Positions 23,814 through 24,000 of a stretch of 24,000 nucleotides of DNA are shown piece after piece. The stretch's first letter is position 1. Every line of letters begins with the position of its first letter. Location of the stretch: assembly GCA_029243225.1 (NCBI GenBank), contig JAQWSL010000007.1, forward strand, positions 20,790 through 44,789. The letters are read 5' to 3'. A program made the position numbers and the translations under genes. This DNA is from Flavobacteriales bacterium (GTDB taxonomy: Bacteria; Bacteroidota; Bacteroidia; Flavobacteriales_D; Parvicellaceae). The notes below the pieces were generated by a model, which had not been told where the DNA came from, did not search any database, and worked only from the letters and a program-made list of their open reading frames with translations.

Positions 23814-24000
23814 ATGGCATATAGAGATAACACTGCAGAAAGAACAACTATTACTAGGAATCTTAGGGATATGGAAAATCCTTTAGGAAATGTTTATGAA
23901 ACAATTGTTGTACTATCTAAAAGATCTAACCAAATTAATTCTGAGCTGAATGAGGAGCTATCTCAAAAGCTAGATGAATTTGCTTCTACAACTGACAATT
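23814..24000 (+). CDS. rpoZ: DNA-directed RNA polymerase subunit omega, N-terminal part (3' end outside the window)
   Basis: Not in the supplied track. My own translation from ATG 23814 gives MAYRDNTAERTTITRNLRDMENPLGNVYETIVVLSKRSNQINSELNEELSQKLDEFASTTDN, open to the window end. The NxYExxxxxxKRxxQI core and the position after bamD fit Bacteroidota RpoZ. Confidence 0.7.
   Translation, partial: MAYRDNTAERTTITRNLRDMENPLGNVYETIVVLSKRSNQINSELNEELSQKLDEFASTTDN

Noticed and set aside
1-24000. Search by eye for tRNA/rRNA genes, CRISPR arrays, IS elements or transposases, integrases, long direct or inverted repeats and prophage genes
   Set aside because: None found. All long ORFs have non-mobile assignments, and the intergenic regions are short (400 nt or less) with no repeat arrays. 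A computational scan with tRNAscan, Infernal or a repeat finder would be needed to exclude small ncRNAs.

Overview
AT-rich segment (about 30% G+C by eye, not computed). It looks like a Bacteroidota chromosome, probably Flavobacteriia: it carries T9SS type A and type B C-terminal sorting domains, a PorP/SprF gene, and LepB-WbqC and BamD-RpoZ synteny. I can support 16 protein-coding genes plus one doubtful small ORF. By eye I found no rRNA, tRNA, CRISPR array, transposase, integrase or large repeat, so this reads as core or accessory chromosome, not a mobile island. Genes are tightly packed, with two convergent pairs abutting or overlapping at their stop codons, and 22825 down to 7506 is one co-directional minus-strand run. 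Left flank: lepB (5' partial), a wbqC-like gene and a secreted GH3/beta-lactamase-fold fusion. Right flank: an alpha-oxoamine synthase plus PlsC-type acyltransferase pair, bamD and rpoZ (3' partial). The best candidate for an undescribed system is 4273-14880. It holds a SiaA/SiaB/SiaC-type partner-switching module: a PP2C phosphatase, a GHKL Ser/Thr kinase and a DUF1987 phosphoprotein. Here the phosphatase occurs twice, each time fused to a periplasmic beta-propeller/Y_Y_Y sensor of the kind normally found on Bacteroidetes hybrid two-component systems. The kinase is an internally duplicated single chain, and no diguanylate cyclase or other output gene is visible. A DUF2779 nuclease-like gene and a T9SS-secreted PI-PLC-X-like phosphodiesterase sit inside the same gene run. 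Immediately upstream on the same strand is a T9SS module: a CotH-kinase-family cargo with a type B CTD, its cognate PorP/SprF, and a PKD adhesin with a type A CTD. All family assignments come from motif recognition in the supplied translations. No database search was run.
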